From positions 160,001-224,000 of the forward strand of contig CAWJTV010000029.1 in assembly GCA_963845755.1 (NCBI GenBank): 64,000 nt of DNA, given 5' to 3'. The translations under genes and the position numbers were made by a program. The notes under the pieces were generated by a model. It was not told the DNA's origin. It searched no databases and saw only the letters and a list, made by a program, of their open reading frames with translations. This stretch comes from an uncultured Planctomycetota bacterium (lineage in GTDB: Bacteria; Planctomycetota; Planctomycetia; Isosphaerales; Isosphaeraceae). Shown here piece after piece: positions 62,406 to 64,000 of the stretch (its first letter is position 1; every line of letters begins with the position of its first letter).

Positions 62406-62855
62406 TCATCGCTTGCGATGTGACCGCGTCACCTTGGCATTCCCGCCTCGATGCGCACCGCGATGCCGGTGGTTGGTCTTCGATTTGGAGGGACTGTCAC
62501 CCTCGGTCTCATCTTCCTCGTGGAGAACCTCCTCGATCGTCTCCGCGCTCCACCCCTCCACTTGCTCGCGTGCGGCGATGGCGCCGTCAACCAGGCCATG
62601 AACCATGGCGTTGTCCTTGGGCACCATGCGAGCGACCAGCATCACCGGGAAGACGACGCCGTATGATAGCCCATAACATGATGTGTAAACTAGTCGGCTC
62701 ATGAACTGGCCGATGGCGGGGATGGCGCCGGATATCCGTTCCTGCGCGTCGTACGCGCCCTGCCTGACGGCTACCAGGGCCGAATCTACGACATTGCCCG
62801 AATTGTGGAGCGGAGCAGACGAGCCAGCCTGGCCTGTTAAGGCCTGTGCACACAT
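62406..62855 (-). CDS. Conserved-looking hypothetical membrane-associated protein
   Basis: AVRQGAYDAQE...LVYTSCYGLSYGVVFPVMLVARMVPKDNAMVHGLVDGAIAA; acidic then His/Arg-rich tail. Confidence 0.65.
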   Translation of the reverse strand: MCAQALTGQAGSSAPLHNSGNVVDSALVAVRQGAYDAQERISGAIPAIGQFMSRLVYTSCYGLSYGVVFPVMLVARMVPKDNAMVHGLVDGAIAAREQVEGWSAETIEEVLHEEDETEGDSPSKSKTNHRHRGAHRGGNAKVTRSHRKR

Positions 62856-63209
62856 GGCATGAATCCTTGTCTCAAGGTACCTGGTTTCTCAGATGGTGAT
62901 GCAGGATGGGTCCGCCGGGGAAACACGAGTCACGACCATGGGTTCGCAGTCTCGAACGCAAGCCGGCGCGGGATTAACATGGTTTCGCGAACACGAACTC
63001 GCAGCGTTCAGGCGAATGTTTGCAAAAACCGAGCCGGTTCGCAAGAAACGGAGCAGGGATTCGTCCGGAAAGTGAACTGGTTTCGCAGGGTACTATCATG
63101 CCGCCCAGTCATCCCGTATCGTAGGCCGGCCGGTGTGCATTTCCCCGAATCACCGAGAGGGGACTTCCGTAAGCCTTGTTCAGGTTAGCGTTTTCGAGGA
63201 TCATCCACG

Positions 63210-64000
63210 GTGTGGATTCAACGTTATGACCCGATGGGAAGCTGGCCGATCTCGACGTTCATCTCGGCGTTGCCGGTCTTGGTCTTGCTCGGGCTGCTGG
63301 CCACGGGTCGGGCTGGTGCCTGGAAGGCGGCGCTGGCCGGCCTCCTCACGGCTTGTGTCGTGGCGGTCTGGGTCTTTCACATGCCGGCCACGATGGTCCT
63401 GGCGAGTACACTGGTCGGAGTGGTCTTCGCGATCTTTCGCATTATCTGGCTGATCGTGGCGGCCGTATTCCTGTACGACATCACGGTTGAGACTGGGCAG
63501 TTCGAGGTGATGAAGACCTCGGTGGCCCGGCTGTCGGCGGACCGTCGACTCCAGGCGGTTCTCGTGGCGTTCTGCTTCGGGGCGCTGATCGAAGGCGCCG
63601 CCGGTTTCGGGGCACCGGTGGCGATTTCCGCGGCATTCCTGGTCGGGTTGGGGTTCCAACCGTTCCAGGCCGCATTGCTCTGCCTGATCGCCAATACGGC
63701 CCCGGTCGCCTGGGGAGGCATCGGCATCCCGATCCTGACGCTCAGCCGGGTCACCGAGCTGGACGTCCAGGCCCTCAGCGCCACGTCCGGCCGGATCTTG
63801 CCGATCCTCTCCCTGGTGATCCCGTTCTGGCTGGTGGCCACTCTGGCCGGTTGGCGCAAGACCTGGGAAGTACGCGTTCCGCTCGTCGTCATCGGTGGGA
63901 CGTTCGCCTCGGTCCAGTTCTTGTGGTCGAATTTCGTCGGTTTCGAGCTGGTGGATATCGTCTCGTCGGTTTCGAGCCTGATTGCGGGCGTGGTGGTGAT
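63210..64000 (+). CDS. lctP: L-lactate permease (partial, runs off the window)
   Basis: Translated by hand: WIQRYDP...DRRLQAVLVAFCFGALIEGAAGFGAPVAI...ANTAPVAWGGIGIP. Confidence 0.92.
   Translation, partial: MWIQRYDPMGSWPISTFISALPVLVLLGLLATGRAGAWKAALAGLLTACVVAVWVFHMPATMVLASTLVGVVFAIFRIIWLIVAAVFLYDITVETGQFEVMKTSVARLSADRRLQAVLVAFCFGALIEGAAGFGAPVAISAAFLVGLGFQPFQAALLCLIANTAPVAWGGIGIPILTLSRVTELDVQALSATSGRILPILSLVIPFWLVATLAGWRKTWEVRVPLVVIGGTFASVQFLWSNFVGFELVDIVSSVSSLIAGVVV

Overview
GC-rich bacterial DNA, almost certainly Planctomycetota and plausibly Isosphaeraceae (inferred from a DUF1559 prepilin-like gene, a LExRxLLS N-terminal motif, DUF1800/DUF1501, an ECF-kinase pair and sulfatase-like paralogs). 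Family names come from motif recognition by eye, not from searches. Many genes, including housekeeping hemB, rne, ptsH and hpf, carry single-base frameshifts, so most apparent pseudogenes are probably uncorrected sequencing errors. Layout: (1) 1-7.7 kb, minus strand: an exported DUF4214-like protein ending in about 340 aa of almost pure Pro/Thr repeat, followed by a DUF6065-JmjC oxygenase fusion, a Ser-less alpha/beta-hydrolase-like protein and a pseudo-hydrolase/pseudo-JmjC fusion. This is the best candidate for an undescribed surface-protein modification system. (2) hom, a lipoprotein, a DUF952 gene broken by a 118-bp MITE, an ECF sigma/Ser-Thr kinase pair, a palindromic repeat array and thioredoxin. 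(3) An operon of ECF sigma, anti-sigma, three secreted paralogs, DUF1800 and DUF1501. (4) Three membrane-anchored sulfatase-like genes with Thr at the nucleophile position, around a DUF1559 gene. (5) An Rpn nuclease with a probable internal antitoxin start. (6) A 13.6-kb integrase-less defence island (SNF2-DUF3883 helicase, DUF1156 methyltransferase, DUF499 ATPase, interleaved with a RAYT, a PIN toxin-antitoxin pair and an ART-like gene) bracketed by a 506-bp direct duplication of the hemL 3' end. (7) Housekeeping hpf-ptsN-ptsH-ptsI-TIGR03936-rne-hemB-hemL. (8) Three small membrane-hairpin paralogs around a DUF697 GTPase, then a partial lactate permease. No tRNA, rRNA or CRISPR array was seen.
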